IMG/VR virus record: IMGVR_UViG_3300036790_000425
Coordinates: 1 to 64,000 of that record
Origin: a virus
Length of the DNA stretch: 64,000 nt
Reading direction: 5' to 3' (one strand)
Of this stretch, positions 1-9,684 are shown piece after piece. The notes below the pieces were generated by a model. The model did not search any database. It was not told the origin of the DNA and saw nothing but the letters and a program-made list of their open reading frames with translations. The position numbers and the translations under genes were made by a program. The number at the start of each line of letters is the position of its first letter. Position 1 is the stretch's first letter.

Positions 1-56
1 CCGCCTCCGCCTCCGCCTCCGCCTCCGCCTCCGCCTCCGCCTCCGCCTCCGCCTCC
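1..56. repeat. (GCCTCC)n hexamer tandem repeat, about 9 units, encoding poly-Gly on the minus strand
   Basis: Seen directly. Confidence 0.9.
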
Positions 57-395
57 GGAGCCGCCGGAACCCCCCGGAGTGCCTCCGGAAGCACTGCCAC
101 CCTGACCCGGGGAAACGCTGATACCCGGCTGTCCGGTGGCTCCGGGGAGCGGCCGTCCGGTGTCCGGAGGTGAAGGCCGGGCAGGCGGCGGCAGCTGCCG
201 GGACGTGACCGGGGGCACCAGGCGGGCCGTGGTCGGGGTCAGCCCCGGCAGCAGCGCGCCCAGCAGGGCGACCACCATCAGCCCGACCGCCAGCAGGACC
301 ACGGCCGCGCCGCCTGCCAGCGCGCCGCCGAGGACCACGCGCATCCGCTGGGCATGATCGAGCGCCAGCGGCCGGACCCGCTTATGGAGAGCCAT
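1..395 (-). CDS. Partial membrane protein with Pro-rich and poly-Gly tail (runs off left edge)
   Basis: Manually translated from ATG 395: MALHKRVRPLALDHAQRMRVVLGGALAGGAAVVLLAVGLMVVALLGALLPG (TM), Pro-rich stretch, then (GGA GGC)n. Confidence 0.6.
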   Translation of the reverse strand, partial: MALHKRVRPLALDHAQRMRVVLGGALAGGAAVVLLAVGLMVVALLGALLPGLTPTTARLVPPVTSRQLPPPARPSPPDTGRPLPGATGQPGISVSPGQGGSASGGTPGGSGGSGGGGGGGGGGGGGGGGGG

Positions 396-633
396 CCTGG
401 CTCTCCCGCCAGCGCCGCGCCGCGTCCGGCATCTCCCCGGTGTCCACCCAGGCGCCCCGGATGCCGTCCTGCGCCCAGGCCAGGGCGGCGACCGGCCGGC
501 CGAGGCGCAGGTTCATGATGCGCAGGATGTCCAGCGGGTCCGGGCTGTCGCAGGCCAGGAAGACGCCGCGTCCCTCGAAGGGGTCAGTCGCGGCGATCTC
601 CTCGGGGGTAGCCATCTCGAACAGGTGCGGCAC
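382..633 (-). CDS. Hypothetical protein
   Basis: Follows the 1495-aa gene co-directionally; plausible composition. Confidence 0.55.
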   Translation of the reverse strand: MPHLFEMATPEEIAATDPFEGRGVFLACDSPDPLDILRIMNLRLGRPVAALAWAQDGIRGAWVDTGEMPDAARRWRESQDGSP

Positions 634-641
634 CGGGGCTC

Positions 642-3600
642 CTAGACGCTGATCACGTCATCGTCGTAGTCATCGAGGCTGAGGCCCCGGCGGGCCAGGT
701 CCTCGTCCTCGCCCTCGTAATGCGTGCCCTTGAGGTGCAGCAGGCCGAGATTCCGGGCCCGGGTACCCCGGCCCTCCCCGATCAGCTCCGCGGCCTCCGT
801 CTCGGGCAGCACGTCGGCGGTCTTGGCCAGGTAGGCCCTCGCGGCCCCGGCGATATCCGTCTCGCCGCCCGCCGGCCCGCCGCTGCCGAGCTGCTGCCCG
901 GCGGCCGAGCGCTGGAAGCTGGCCACGATGTCATCCACCGAGCCCTGCGGCTGGCCCGCCGGGACGTCCACCTCGCCGGAGTCAGTGCCGCCGCCAGACC
1001 ACTGCTGGTTGCCGATCGTCTGGATCGAGGGGTCTTCCGGGCCCAGCGCGTCGTCCATCGAGCCCATGCCGGGCTCCCCGGTCGCCAGCTGGGTGCCCTC
1101 GGACGGGTCACCCTGGGCAGCCGCCGCCATGTGCACGCTCGCGCCGTCGTTCATCCCGCAGGCCGGGCAGGTGCCATCCGGCGGGCCGCCGTAAGGGTGC
1201 GGCACGTCCTGAGCGTCCCCGGCGGTACCGTCGATCCCGGCCGCCTGGCGCTGGTCCTCGCCGTCGTCCTCCTCGCCCGTGGTGGACGGAAGCGCGGGCT
1301 CGGGCTCGTCATGCAGCTCCGCGACGAAGCCGTGCGACTGGCCTGCATCCGGCCAGCTGCCCCGGCCGTGGCGCTGCTCGTGGTCGGTCTCGTGGTAGGG
1401 GTGCGGGGTATAGCCCGGCGGCGCCGGGTCGCCCGCCGCCATGCCGCGCTCCACGTTCTCGTGATCGCGGGCATGGCCCTCGTGGTAGAGGGGCAGGCCT
1501 GGCTCGTCAGCCGGGTAGCCGTGGTGCTCGACCATGTGCCGCCGGTAGCTCTCGGCGTCATCAGCCGGGCTCAGCGACCCGTCCATGCGGATGCCCTGCG
1601 GGTCGGCCGGGCTCATCCCGGTCGCAGGACCGGCGGTGCCGGACCGGTCGGTCCAGGCGAAGGTGCCCTGGTTCTCCTGGTCCGCGATCGAGGGAACGTT
1701 CAGGCCGGGCGGCAGCGGATCCGGGGCCCCGGGGGCGAGCACCTCATGGGCCGCCAGCGCGGCAGCGTTGGACAGCGGCATCTGGATGAAGCTGGAGTCG
1801 TCGATCGCGCCCCAGTTGTCGGGGTCCGGCCCGGCCAGCGGGCCGTAGCTGCCGGGGTCGGTGTCCGGGTTGGGCGGCTCGGTGGCGCCGTAAGGCTGCG
1901 CGGGCGGGTGCCTGGTGACGTTCTCGCTGCCCCAGGGACCGTTTGCCTGGTCGGCGGTGACGCAGATGCTGGCCAGGGCGGCCAGGGCCAGCACGTCCCC
2001 GAGATCCTCCCCGGCGGCGATCAGGGCAGCGACCGCGCGCTTCACCGGGGGCTCCGCCGTGCCGCTCGCCCGGGTCCACATCTCCGGGTGGCTGTCGTGC
2101 GGGTAGGCCATCGGGTTCCACTTCACCGGGGTATGCGCGCCCCGGCCCTTCGAGCCCTCCAGGTTCTCCTCCGCGTGCATCGCCTCGTCGAACGGCGCGA
2201 AGTACTTGTGCCAGCCCTTGTCCGGGTGCATGTGGTGCGTGTTTACCTCGGGGTGCGGCTCCTCGTAGGCCGACCACCAGGAGTTGCCCTGGTCGGTCCG
2301 GATGCCATGGCTGATCCAGCCGTCCGCCGCCTTCGCCTTCGAGTACAGGTGGTCCATCAGGGCGGAGGCCACGCCCTTGCCGGAGACGCGGCTGTGCAGC
2401 ATGCCCACGGCGTGCGCCCGGCCGTCGTCGCTCTGCGAGTAGTGCAGCCGCCCGGCGGTCTTCCCGTCCAGGTGCGCGGTGATGACGTGACTGGCCAGGT
2501 ACTTAGGCGCCAGCGGGTGATCGCGGGGGAAGTCCGGGTCATGGTCGGGGTTCCCGGTGTCGGTGATCTCCAGCCCCGACGGCCGCGGGTGGTGCAGCGA
2601 CCGGCCGGTAACCTCCAGCTCCCCGGACGGGCAGTCACCGTCATGCTCGTAGTAGCACTCGACCGGGCGGTGCTGGAGCGCCGACAGCATGTGATGATGC
2701 GGCCTGCCGGGGGTGAACTGACCGCCCAGCGGATGCTCACCGAAGAACTCGTCCCGCGACGGGCCGCCCCAGCCGATTCCCTCGCCCGGCCGGTCGTAGC
2801 CGCCGTGATCATCCACGGAATGCGGCACGAACTTGTCCGGATAGGCCCGGTCCACGGCGCTCGGGCCGTGGTGCTGGTGACCCTGCTCGCCGCTGTGGTC
2901 GTGGTGCTCGGCCTCATGGAAGACGGCCATCTCGGTCTCGCCCGCGGTGTCCAGGTGGCCGGCCAGCCCGTGGTGGCTCTCCAGGTGCCTGCGCAGCTCG
3001 TAGTCCTCGGGCTCGCGGGCATAGGGCAGCGCCCCGGCGCGCTTCGAGGCCAGCGGGGCGGTCCAGGTCTGCGCCCAGCCGCCGGGGGTCCAGGGCGGCA
3101 TCGACTTGACCACGACCTGGTGCGCGCCCGCCGGGTCGTCCTCGCTGACCCCCTGGCCTGTGCGCGTGCGCGACAGGGACTCGAACTGGAGCGCCATGAC
3201 GTGGCTGCACGGCCGGCCGGCGTAGCGGGTGCCGATCCCCTTGTCCTGGTGGAAGCTGGCCCACGGGCAGCCGCAGGCCCAGTGCTGCATGGACTGCGGG
3301 TGGCCCGGCCGCCGCTGGATGCCGGACTCGTACACATCGTGATCGCCGCCGACCTCCCCGATCACCAGGCCGGGTGAGACATGCGTGATCCTCACCCGGC
3401 CGGACTTGCGGATCCGGGTGGCCTTGCGGCGCACGTCAGCCCAGCTGGCGGTGAACTCGAACCGGAAGCTGGCGCTGTCCTGCGCCGCGGCGAACGCCCC
3501 CAGGTGCACCTCGACGGTCTTGCCGCTATCGTCTCCGTCACTGCCGTCGCTCCCGTCCTCCTCCTGCCCGGGCGGGGCGGACGGGGCCGGCGGGGGCGGC

Positions 3601-5129
3601 GGCGGCCAGACGTTCCCGTGCTGGTCGTGGGTGCCCTGGGTGTAGGCCGTCCCGCCGGAGGTGATGGCCGCGCCGGCCAGCGGCCACTCCTCCGGCGCCT
3701 GGCCGGGCTCCCCGCCCGTGTCCTCGGGGTCCTGGCGCTCGCCCAGGGCATCATCCTCGGGCGGGTCAGCGGGCAGGCCCTCCGGCTTGCTGGACAGCCG
3801 GTGCCGGCGCGTGTAGTCGCTCCACTGCTCCGGGTCCAGGACCTGGCCGGGCCTGCTGGCGGACAGCTCGTCAGCAGAGGCCGGGCGCTCGTGCCCCGGC
3901 TGGCCCGGGTCGAACGGCACCGTCAGCGCCTGGTGCGCGTGGCTGGCCAGGCCGGCGTCGTGGATGGCGTCATGCATGTCGGAGACCCGGTCACCCCGGG
4001 CGGTAACTCGCTCGACGCCGGGCGGGGCCCAGCCGTGCTGCTGGATCAGGTGCCTCGCCCAGTACTCCTCGCTGGCGGCCTCGTGCCGCGCGGCCTCGCG
4101 GACCTGGCGCTCCGCGGACTCCAGCTCCTGCGACTCCGGCTCGTCGATCACCGGGTGCCGGTTGGTGAACTCAGTGGACGGCACGAAGTCGCCCCGGGTC
4201 GCGGCAGCGCCGTTGTCCCAGTCGTGCAGGTCTCCGCGCTGCTCCCCGGTCCACGGCACGTGCCGGGCGGTGAAGGCACCGATCTCCAGGCCGGGCCCGC
4301 CGCCGGCGGACATCCCCTCGGGGTACATGCCGACCGTGGCCGCGTTGGCCCTGTTCTTGTCCACGCCGGGCAGCGGCTGGTTCCACCGGTCGTCGCCCTC
4401 GCCCTCGGCGGACTCCTCGTCATAGCCGTCCGGGTCATCAGCGCGCGGGATGGTGCCGTGCTGCGGGGCGTCCCCGGCCTGGTCGATCTCGGTGCCGTTG
4501 ATCGTCGTGGCCCGGGTCCCGCCGATCAGTGCCGATGCCTCCTCGATCTCGGCCAGCCGCGCCATCGGCGGAGACAGCAGGTAGGCAGGCGGCGGGGCCT
4601 CCTCCTGGGGGCCCAGGTTCTGGTGCACCCAGTCCTGCTGGCCTGGCTCTGCCCAGTACAGCCCCGTATCACCCTCGCCTCCGTTGTAGTCCTCGTCCCG
4701 GGCGTCGTCAGGGCGGCCGTAGGTGTCAGCGGCGGTGCGGGAGCCGATCACCCGGATCTCCTGGCCCGGATCGGGCCGGTCGTGCAGGATGCTGCCCATC
4801 TCGGGGTAGTCCAGGTCCGCCGTGCGCAGCTCGGCCTCGATCGCGGCGGCGGTCACCCCGGCCGGGAGGTTGCTGCCCGGGGAGCCGCCCCGGAAGGACT
4901 CGGGCAGCACCCGGAGCTGGCTGGCGGTGTAGGCGCCCTGGCCCATCCCGGAGTCCAGCAGGACCTCGTACTCGCTCACGCCGGGCGCGAAGGCCTGCGA
5001 CACGAACAGGATGCGGCCGGGCAGGCCGTCGATGGTCATGACCCGGACCTGCGGGGCCAGCCCCTGGTCCGGTCCGGCGATCCCGGCGGTGATGCCCCGG
5101 GTCGCGTGCCTCACGGTGCGCCGCGCCAT
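642..5129 (-). CDS. 1495-aa probable head-associated multidomain protein: SWIM Zn finger, GNAT acetyltransferase domain, three His-motif repeats, acidic low-complexity linkers
   Basis: GGAGG before ATG 5129; WACGCPW...RPCSH (SWIM CxC..CxH); SRVSGKGVASALMDHLY (GNAT motif A); lies downstream of the portal. Confidence 0.8.
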   Translation of the reverse strand: MARRTVRHATRGITAGIAGPDQGLAPQVRVMTIDGLPGRILFVSQAFAPGVSEYEVLLDSGMGQGAYTASQLRVLPESFRGGSPGSNLPAGVTAAAIEAELRTADLDYPEMGSILHDRPDPGQEIRVIGSRTAADTYGRPDDARDEDYNGGEGDTGLYWAEPGQQDWVHQNLGPQEEAPPPAYLLSPPMARLAEIEEASALIGGTRATTINGTEIDQAGDAPQHGTIPRADDPDGYDEESAEGEGDDRWNQPLPGVDKNRANAATVGMYPEGMSAGGGPGLEIGAFTARHVPWTGEQRGDLHDWDNGAAATRGDFVPSTEFTNRHPVIDEPESQELESAERQVREAARHEAASEEYWARHLIQQHGWAPPGVERVTARGDRVSDMHDAIHDAGLASHAHQALTVPFDPGQPGHERPASADELSASRPGQVLDPEQWSDYTRRHRLSSKPEGLPADPPEDDALGERQDPEDTGGEPGQAPEEWPLAGAAITSGGTAYTQGTHDQHGNVWPPPPPPAPSAPPGQEEDGSDGSDGDDSGKTVEVHLGAFAAAQDSASFRFEFTASWADVRRKATRIRKSGRVRITHVSPGLVIGEVGGDHDVYESGIQRRPGHPQSMQHWACGCPWASFHQDKGIGTRYAGRPCSHVMALQFESLSRTRTGQGVSEDDPAGAHQVVVKSMPPWTPGGWAQTWTAPLASKRAGALPYAREPEDYELRRHLESHHGLAGHLDTAGETEMAVFHEAEHHDHSGEQGHQHHGPSAVDRAYPDKFVPHSVDDHGGYDRPGEGIGWGGPSRDEFFGEHPLGGQFTPGRPHHHMLSALQHRPVECYYEHDGDCPSGELEVTGRSLHHPRPSGLEITDTGNPDHDPDFPRDHPLAPKYLASHVITAHLDGKTAGRLHYSQSDDGRAHAVGMLHSRVSGKGVASALMDHLYSKAKAADGWISHGIRTDQGNSWWSAYEEPHPEVNTHHMHPDKGWHKYFAPFDEAMHAEENLEGSKGRGAHTPVKWNPMAYPHDSHPEMWTRASGTAEPPVKRAVAALIAAGEDLGDVLALAALASICVTADQANGPWGSENVTRHPPAQPYGATEPPNPDTDPGSYGPLAGPDPDNWGAIDDSSFIQMPLSNAAALAAHEVLAPGAPDPLPPGLNVPSIADQENQGTFAWTDRSGTAGPATGMSPADPQGIRMDGSLSPADDAESYRRHMVEHHGYPADEPGLPLYHEGHARDHENVERGMAAGDPAPPGYTPHPYHETDHEQRHGRGSWPDAGQSHGFVAELHDEPEPALPSTTGEEDDGEDQRQAAGIDGTAGDAQDVPHPYGGPPDGTCPACGMNDGASVHMAAAAQGDPSEGTQLATGEPGMGSMDDALGPEDPSIQTIGNQQWSGGGTDSGEVDVPAGQPQGSVDDIVASFQRSAAGQQLGSGGPAGGETDIAGAARAYLAKTADVLPETEAAELIGEGRGTRARNLGLLHLKGTHYEGEDEDLARRGLSLDDYDDDVISV

Positions 5130-5189
5130 GTCGCCTCCTCCCTCCTTCCGTGGCGGACAGATCGCGGCGGTGCAACGTCCGGAACTGGC

Positions 5190-5408
5190 ATGGACGACAG
5201 AGAGCAGTTCCTGAAGTACATGCACTGGATGCGCGATGCCTTCTGCGACGCTCGGGACGTGCGGGACTGGGATGACCGGGAGCGCCTGACCGGCAAGTTC
5301 TTCGGCGGCTACGCCCGGGTCAAGCGGATCTTCGGGTCCACCCTGCTGCGGGTGGAGATAACCGGGGAGCCGCAAGCCTGGCAATCCTGGCTCATCTCTC
5401 CGAACTGA
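5190..5408 (+). CDS. Hypothetical protein (72 aa)
   Basis: MDDREQFLKY... natural composition; real end of shadow ORF 3381..5408. Confidence 0.6.
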   Translation: MDDREQFLKYMHWMRDAFCDARDVRDWDDRERLTGKFFGGYARVKRIFGSTLLRVEITGEPQAWQSWLISPN

Positions 5409-5409
5409 C

Positions 5410-5438
5410 TTGCTTGATACAGGTTTTCTTGCTAACTT
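5410..5438 (+). promoter_or_regulatory. Sigma70-type promoter with 17-bp operator-like element (orientation A)
   Basis: TTGCTT-17-TAACTT; core TACAGGTTTTCTTGCTA 5418-5434. Confidence 0.8.
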
Positions 5439-5482
5439 GGGTCCCGGGCAAGGAAGCTGACTTTCCGAGGAGGACCCTGACC

Positions 5483-5914
5483 GTGACCGCGCTGATCGTG
5501 ACTATCCGGCTGAACACCGAGCCCGACGCGGTTATCCGTGGCTGGCTGCCGGGTGACGTGCTCTCGAAGGCGTGCGAGATCCGCTGGGGCCACCTGGGCC
5601 GCGACCTGCACGGCGGTGACCTCCGGCTGCATCTGCCCGGCCGGCTGACCTGGGACCTGACGGACCAGCTGCCCGAGCGGGTGGCGACCCGGGTGCTCAC
5701 GGTCATGTACTCCCCGCGCGAGGACGTCGCGGACTGGGAGTCCGGCCTGATCTGGCCCTGGCGCAACTCGGGCGGACGGCCGTTCATCACCGGGGACGTG
5801 ATGACCATCAGCTCCCCGGGGCCGTTCGAGAACGAGCACTGGGACCTGCTCCCGGTCAGCCTGGCCCGCCGGCAGGGCGGCTGGACCCGCATCGAGCTGA
5901 AGGACGAGAAATGA
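5483..5914 (+). CDS. Hypothetical protein
   Basis: GAGGAGG RBS, GTG start, ATGA overlap with next gene. Confidence 0.7.
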   Translation: MTALIVTIRLNTEPDAVIRGWLPGDVLSKACEIRWGHLGRDLHGGDLRLHLPGRLTWDLTDQLPERVATRVLTVMYSPREDVADWESGLIWPWRNSGGRPFITGDVMTISSPGPFENEHWDLLPVSLARRQGGWTRIELKDEK

Positions 5915-6207
5915 GCGAGCACGAGACCGTGGCCCTGAGCGAGATCTACGGCGAGAACGGCAAGTGGGCGAACCTGCTGGAGTCTCTCGGCTTCAAGGGC
6001 ATCCGGGTCCTGAGTGTCACGGAGAACCCATCGGGGCGCTGGGTGCACCTGGACCTGCCGAGGGACGGCACCGTCACCCTGGAGGACCTGCACCCTGCTA
6101 CCCGGCGCATCGAGGTCATGCTGCGGATGCGCCCGGGCGGGGCACGGTTCCGGACCCTGACTCACGCCGCCGACGTCCAGCTGGAGCTGAATGAGAGGCA
6201 GCGATGA
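5911..6207 (+). CDS. Hypothetical protein
   Basis: ATGA-coupled operon. Confidence 0.7.
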   Translation: MSEHETVALSEIYGENGKWANLLESLGFKGIRVLSVTENPSGRWVHLDLPRDGTVTLEDLHPATRRIEVMLRMRPGGARFRTLTHAADVQLELNERQR

Positions 6208-6407
6208 TCCGCCTGCGGGTCGGGCCCGAGATGACCCGGGCGCACGCCTGGGCTGCCGTCTCGGTCCTCGGGTTCTTCCTGGTCGGCTTCATCTTCACGG
6301 TGGGGTTCGGGGCGATCCTGGACAGCCGCCTGATGCCGCTGGCCGGGCTGGGCGGCGGCGTCATGGCCGGCACCCTGCGCGGCCTGTGCCTGAGGCGGCA
6401 GCCATGA
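6204..6407 (+). CDS. Small 2-TM membrane protein
   Basis: Two hydrophobic stretches; ATGA-coupled. Confidence 0.65.
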   Translation: MIRLRVGPEMTRAHAWAAVSVLGFFLVGFIFTVGFGAILDSRLMPLAGLGGGVMAGTLRGLCLRRQP

Positions 6408-6758
6408 TTGACACCCTGTTCCTGACCGTGAGCAAGTACGCCATCGAGAAGATCCACAAGCGCGAGCCATCGTCCTGGCCGAAGGGCTGCGCCGTGGTCC
6501 GGGTGAACTTCGAGATCGAGCCGGGCGCGATCCGGATGCCGACCCCTGATGCAGAACGTGCGCGTGCGCGACTGGCGCGACGGGCTCAGCACGGACGGCA
6601 TGGACATCCCGGTCCGGTTCATCACCGAGGACAAGGCCGCCGATGCGATCACCGCGGTGCTGGTCCGGATGCACCAGATGCTGGAGCGTGCCGGCTACAC
6701 GGTCACCCCGCCGCCCGGCGGCGTGCTGGCGCTGACGGCAGGTGACCCCGGTGACTGA
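6404..6758 (+). pseudogene. Hypothetical gene apparently split by a +1 frameshift at CCCC 6543-6546
   Basis: MIDTLF...IRMPT continues as LMQNVRVRDW... in the +1 frame; both ends are coupled to neighbours. Confidence 0.5.
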
Positions 6759-7032
6759 CCACGAGGCCCCGCCGCTGCCCTGGCAGCTGGCCATGCACCT
6801 GATCAGCGCGCACTGCGACGGGATAGCGATCGGGCGCGACTGGGCCGGTAACGCCGACCAGCACAAGCACGAGCACGACGGCCCGGGCACCATCCGGGAT
6901 CACCCGCGCGGCTCGCTGCACTTCGACGCGGACGAGATCGAGGATGTCCTGGCCGGGATCGAGGAAGACCTGGCAGTCACCGGCCCCGGCCAGGCGATCA
7001 GCGGAGGGAAGCGGATCCTGTGCGGAACCTGA
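6751..7032 (+). CDS. Small His-rich protein
   Basis: HLISAH...HKHEH...H motif. Confidence 0.6.
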   Translation: MTDHEAPPLPWQLAMHLISAHCDGIAIGRDWAGNADQHKHEHDGPGTIRDHPRGSLHFDADEIEDVLAGIEEDLAVTGPGQAISGGKRILCGT

Positions 7033-7619
7033 GTGACGAGCGGCTGACGGAGATCTGCCGGAGCGCGGCTGAGCTGATCGAGCGGCACGGCTTCACCCAG
7101 CACGACCGCGAGCGCACCGCGGGGCTGACCCTGGACAGCGCGCTGTGCGAGGCCACCCACCCGCTGGCAGCCAACCGGGACCCGGGCCAGCACCCGCCGG
7201 ACTGCGACGAGGCCACCGAGCGGCTGATGGGCTGGATGCTCGCGACCGGGGTGACGTACCTGCCCTACCGGGTGGACGCGGGCAACGTCGTGGCCGCCTG
7301 GAATGACGAGCGCCGCCGGACCGCCGATGAGGTCACCGCGCTGCTGCGCGGCTTCGCGGCCGTCCTGGGCGACCAGCTCGGGACCCTGATCCGCGAGTGC
7401 TGGAGCCAGTCGCAGCGTGACGTCGCGCAGTGCCGGGAGCGGCACAACCGCAAGGGCATCGACCTGATCTGCCAGCGGCTCCTGGGCCTGGCGCTCGCGC
7501 ACATGATGACCGCCGGGGTCCGGGGCCCGACGCACCTCACCGTGGTCATGCACGATGTCCACGACTACGCCAGGGACGTGCTCGGCATGGACCTGGACGG
7601 CCTGTGGCGAGGCCTGTGA
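7020..7619 (+). CDS. Actinophage hypothetical protein (DUF6197-like)
   Basis: AAELIERHGFTQ...AWNDERRRTADEVTALLR resembles the recalled family pattern. Confidence 0.6.
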   Translation: MRNLSDERLTEICRSAAELIERHGFTQHDRERTAGLTLDSALCEATHPLAANRDPGQHPPDCDEATERLMGWMLATGVTYLPYRVDAGNVVAAWNDERRRTADEVTALLRGFAAVLGDQLGTLIRECWSQSQRDVAQCRERHNRKGIDLICQRLLGLALAHMMTAGVRGPTHLTVVMHDVHDYARDVLGMDLDGLWRGL

Positions 7620-7951
7620 TGACACGGCGGCACGACAACCCCGAGCCGTTCAGCAGGCTGCTGCTGGCCGGCAGCAGGCGGCACCTGACGCCGGAGGAGC
7701 GCACCGGTACCGAGTACGCCGTGACCACGATCCAGCGGAACCTGGACCGGCTGATGACCCAGCTGAGGTCCGGGCGGCCCCTGAAGCGCGGGACGGTCGC
7801 CTCGGTGCTGGACGTGACCCAGGGCGACGTCGAGCGGGCGCACGCCCGGCTGATGACAGCCGAGGTATCCGAGCGGCAGGCCGAGGCAGACGCTGCCCGG
7901 GCTGAGGACGAGCGGCGGCGGCGCGAGTGGCAGGAGAGGCACGGGTCATGA
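7619..7951 (+). CDS. Hypothetical helical protein
   Basis: TGATG coupling. Confidence 0.6.
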   Translation: MTRRHDNPEPFSRLLLAGSRRHLTPEERTGTEYAVTTIQRNLDRLMTQLRSGRPLKRGTVASVLDVTQGDVERAHARLMTAEVSERQAEADAARAEDERRRREWQERHGS

Positions 7952-8367
7952 TCATTCTTTTCTTCTCCGGCGGGCTGCTGGCGGTGGCATTCATCACCAC
8001 GCTGGTGATCATCGCGCACCACGGCCAGCGGAAGACCTGGTCCCCGGCGGCGATCGAGCCCCCGCGCCGGATCGCGCTGCCCGCCCCCGCGCCGTCCGGC
8101 GAGACCTGGTCCGACCACGTCCGGTTCGACCTGCCGGCAGCCGGCGAGCCTGCGGATGAGATCGCTGACGCGGATGTCATCGAGGACGCCGGCGCGCCGT
8201 GCGAGGGCCCGGAGTGCTCCCGGGAGCTGCCCGAGTACCCCTGGCGGGCGGGCTCGGATCTCGATTCCGGGCCGGACGCCGGACACAAGTTCTGCTCGGA
8301 GGCCTGCCAGCTGGGGTGGCTCAGCGCTGAGCGAGAGCTGGCCGGCCGCGGGCGGAGGGACCGCTGA
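7948..8367 (+). CDS. N-terminally anchored protein with Cys cluster (C..C...FCSxxC)
   Basis: N-terminal TM; ATGA coupling. Confidence 0.6.
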   Translation: MIILFFSGGLLAVAFITTLVIIAHHGQRKTWSPAAIEPPRRIALPAPAPSGETWSDHVRFDLPAAGEPADEIADADVIEDAGAPCEGPECSRELPEYPWRAGSDLDSGPDAGHKFCSEACQLGWLSAERELAGRGRRDR

Positions 8368-8645
8368 TGAGTGACTACCAGACCCCGGGACAGGCCCTGG
8401 CCGGCGCGATCACCGAGGCCGACGTGCACCTGAGCAGGCCGGGGCCGGCGTCCATGCGCCTGACGGGGGCTGAGTTCGGCCGGCGGCACAGCGGTGACTG
8501 CCGCTTCTATTACGTGCTGACGTTCGGCATGACGATCACCAGCGGCCCGCCGGACATGCACCCGGACAGCACCTGGAAGGACCAGATCATGCGGGCCTGG
8601 GAGTGCCAGTACAAGGTGATCCCGCGGCCGGACACGACAGCCTGA
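8367..8645 (+). CDS. Hypothetical protein
   Basis: TGATG coupling. Confidence 0.6.
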   Translation: MSDYQTPGQALAGAITEADVHLSRPGPASMRLTGAEFGRRHSGDCRFYYVLTFGMTITSGPPDMHPDSTWKDQIMRAWECQYKVIPRPDTTA

Positions 8646-8652
8646 CAGACTC

Positions 8653-8672
8653 CCCCGGCTAGACGGCCGGGG
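8653..8672 (+). terminator. GC hairpin, possible terminator
   Basis: CCCCGGC-tagacg-GCCGGGG right after the stop; no U tract. Confidence 0.4.
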
Positions 8673-8778
8673 TCAGCCGCCACGGTCTCCTATCAGCCAT
8701 TCAGGCGGCCATTACGGCGGTATGGTGCGGCGGGGCCTTCCCGCCCGCTCCTCACTCCCCGTGATCTCAGGAGGGATC

Positions 8779-9567
8779 TTGCGTACTCAATTCACGTCCG
8801 TTATCCGGCGGACCGCCGTCATCGCGGCAGCCGTCGCGGTCGTCGGCGGCACTGCCGCAGCAGCACTGGCTGCCCCGGCGGGCAGCACCGGCATCGCGAC
8901 TGCTGCGGCCCCGGCAGCTTCCGCCGGCCAGATCGTCGGCTGCGTCAAGACGTCCGGCGGCGCCGACCGCATCATGGAGCACGTCTTCACCGGCATCGCC
9001 AACTTCACCGGCTGCCCGGCGGGCACCTTCCAGGCCGGCCCGTGGAATGTCACCGGGCCTGCCGGCCCCGCCGGCGCGAAGGGTGCCACCGGGGCTGCCG
9101 GCGCCGCCGGCCCGCAGGGACCGTCCGGCGTCGTGAGCACCGGGGACACGTCCCTGGTGTCCAGCGATACCAACATCATCACGGGCGGCAGCTTCCTGGC
9201 CAGCGCCACCGAGATCGGCGCCGGCAAGGTCACCCTGACCCCGGGCACCTACCTGCTGACCTTCAACGCGAAGGCCGCGCCCAACGCCAGCGGGACCGCG
9301 CAGATCTTCCCGCAGTTCTTCATCTACGACCAGGCGAAGAACGCCGACTTCTCGGGTGACGTCTGCAACATCGGCACCGGGGCCCTGGAGCCGCTGTTCT
9401 CCTCGGGCAACCAGCACGACTCGTACTTCAGCGGGACGTGCCAGGTCACGGTGACCGCCACCATCACGGTGCACTCCTACGCCTTCGGGTACGACAGCGA
9501 CCAGGGCGCGAGCACCTACAACCTGGAAGATGCCGACCTGACGGCGACCCGGCTGAACGCCGGCTAG
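8779..9567 (+). CDS. Secreted protein with collagen-like Gly-X-Y repeat and beta-rich C-terminal domain
   Basis: GGAGG + TTG; signal peptide; GPAGPAGAKGATGAAGAAGPQGPSG. Confidence 0.75.
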   Translation: MRTQFTSVIRRTAVIAAAVAVVGGTAAAALAAPAGSTGIATAAAPAASAGQIVGCVKTSGGADRIMEHVFTGIANFTGCPAGTFQAGPWNVTGPAGPAGAKGATGAAGAAGPQGPSGVVSTGDTSLVSSDTNIITGGSFLASATEIGAGKVTLTPGTYLLTFNAKAAPNASGTAQIFPQFFIYDQAKNADFSGDVCNIGTGALEPLFSSGNQHDSYFSGTCQVTVTATITVHSYAFGYDSDQGASTYNLEDADLTATRLNAG

Positions 9568-9618
9568 CCTGGCGGGGCGAGTCTCAGGGAAGCCCGGCTT
9601 CCTGCCAGCACGTGAGAG

Positions 9619-9658
9619 CGGCCTGACCGGCCCATTCCATATCCGGTCAGGCCGTTTT
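9619..9658 (+). terminator. Intrinsic terminator
   Basis: 12-bp stem CGGCCTGACCGG/CCGGTCAGGCCG followed by TTTT. Confidence 0.8.
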
Positions 9659-9684
9659 CATGCCCGCCGTGCGAGGATCAGGCC

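Noticed and set aside
1-56. GCCTCC repeat as a telomere or genome end
   Set aside because: It is in frame as poly-Gly in ORF <1..395
720-5189. Long plus-strand ORFs antisense to real genes (720..3377, most of 3381..5408, 10083..12425, 57358..59700 and similar)
   Set aside because: Shadow frames of GC3-rich genes with unnatural composition and no motifs
9568-9615. tRNA or known ncRNA in this intergenic stretch
   Set aside because: Short hairpins only; no cloverleaf or T-loop consensus
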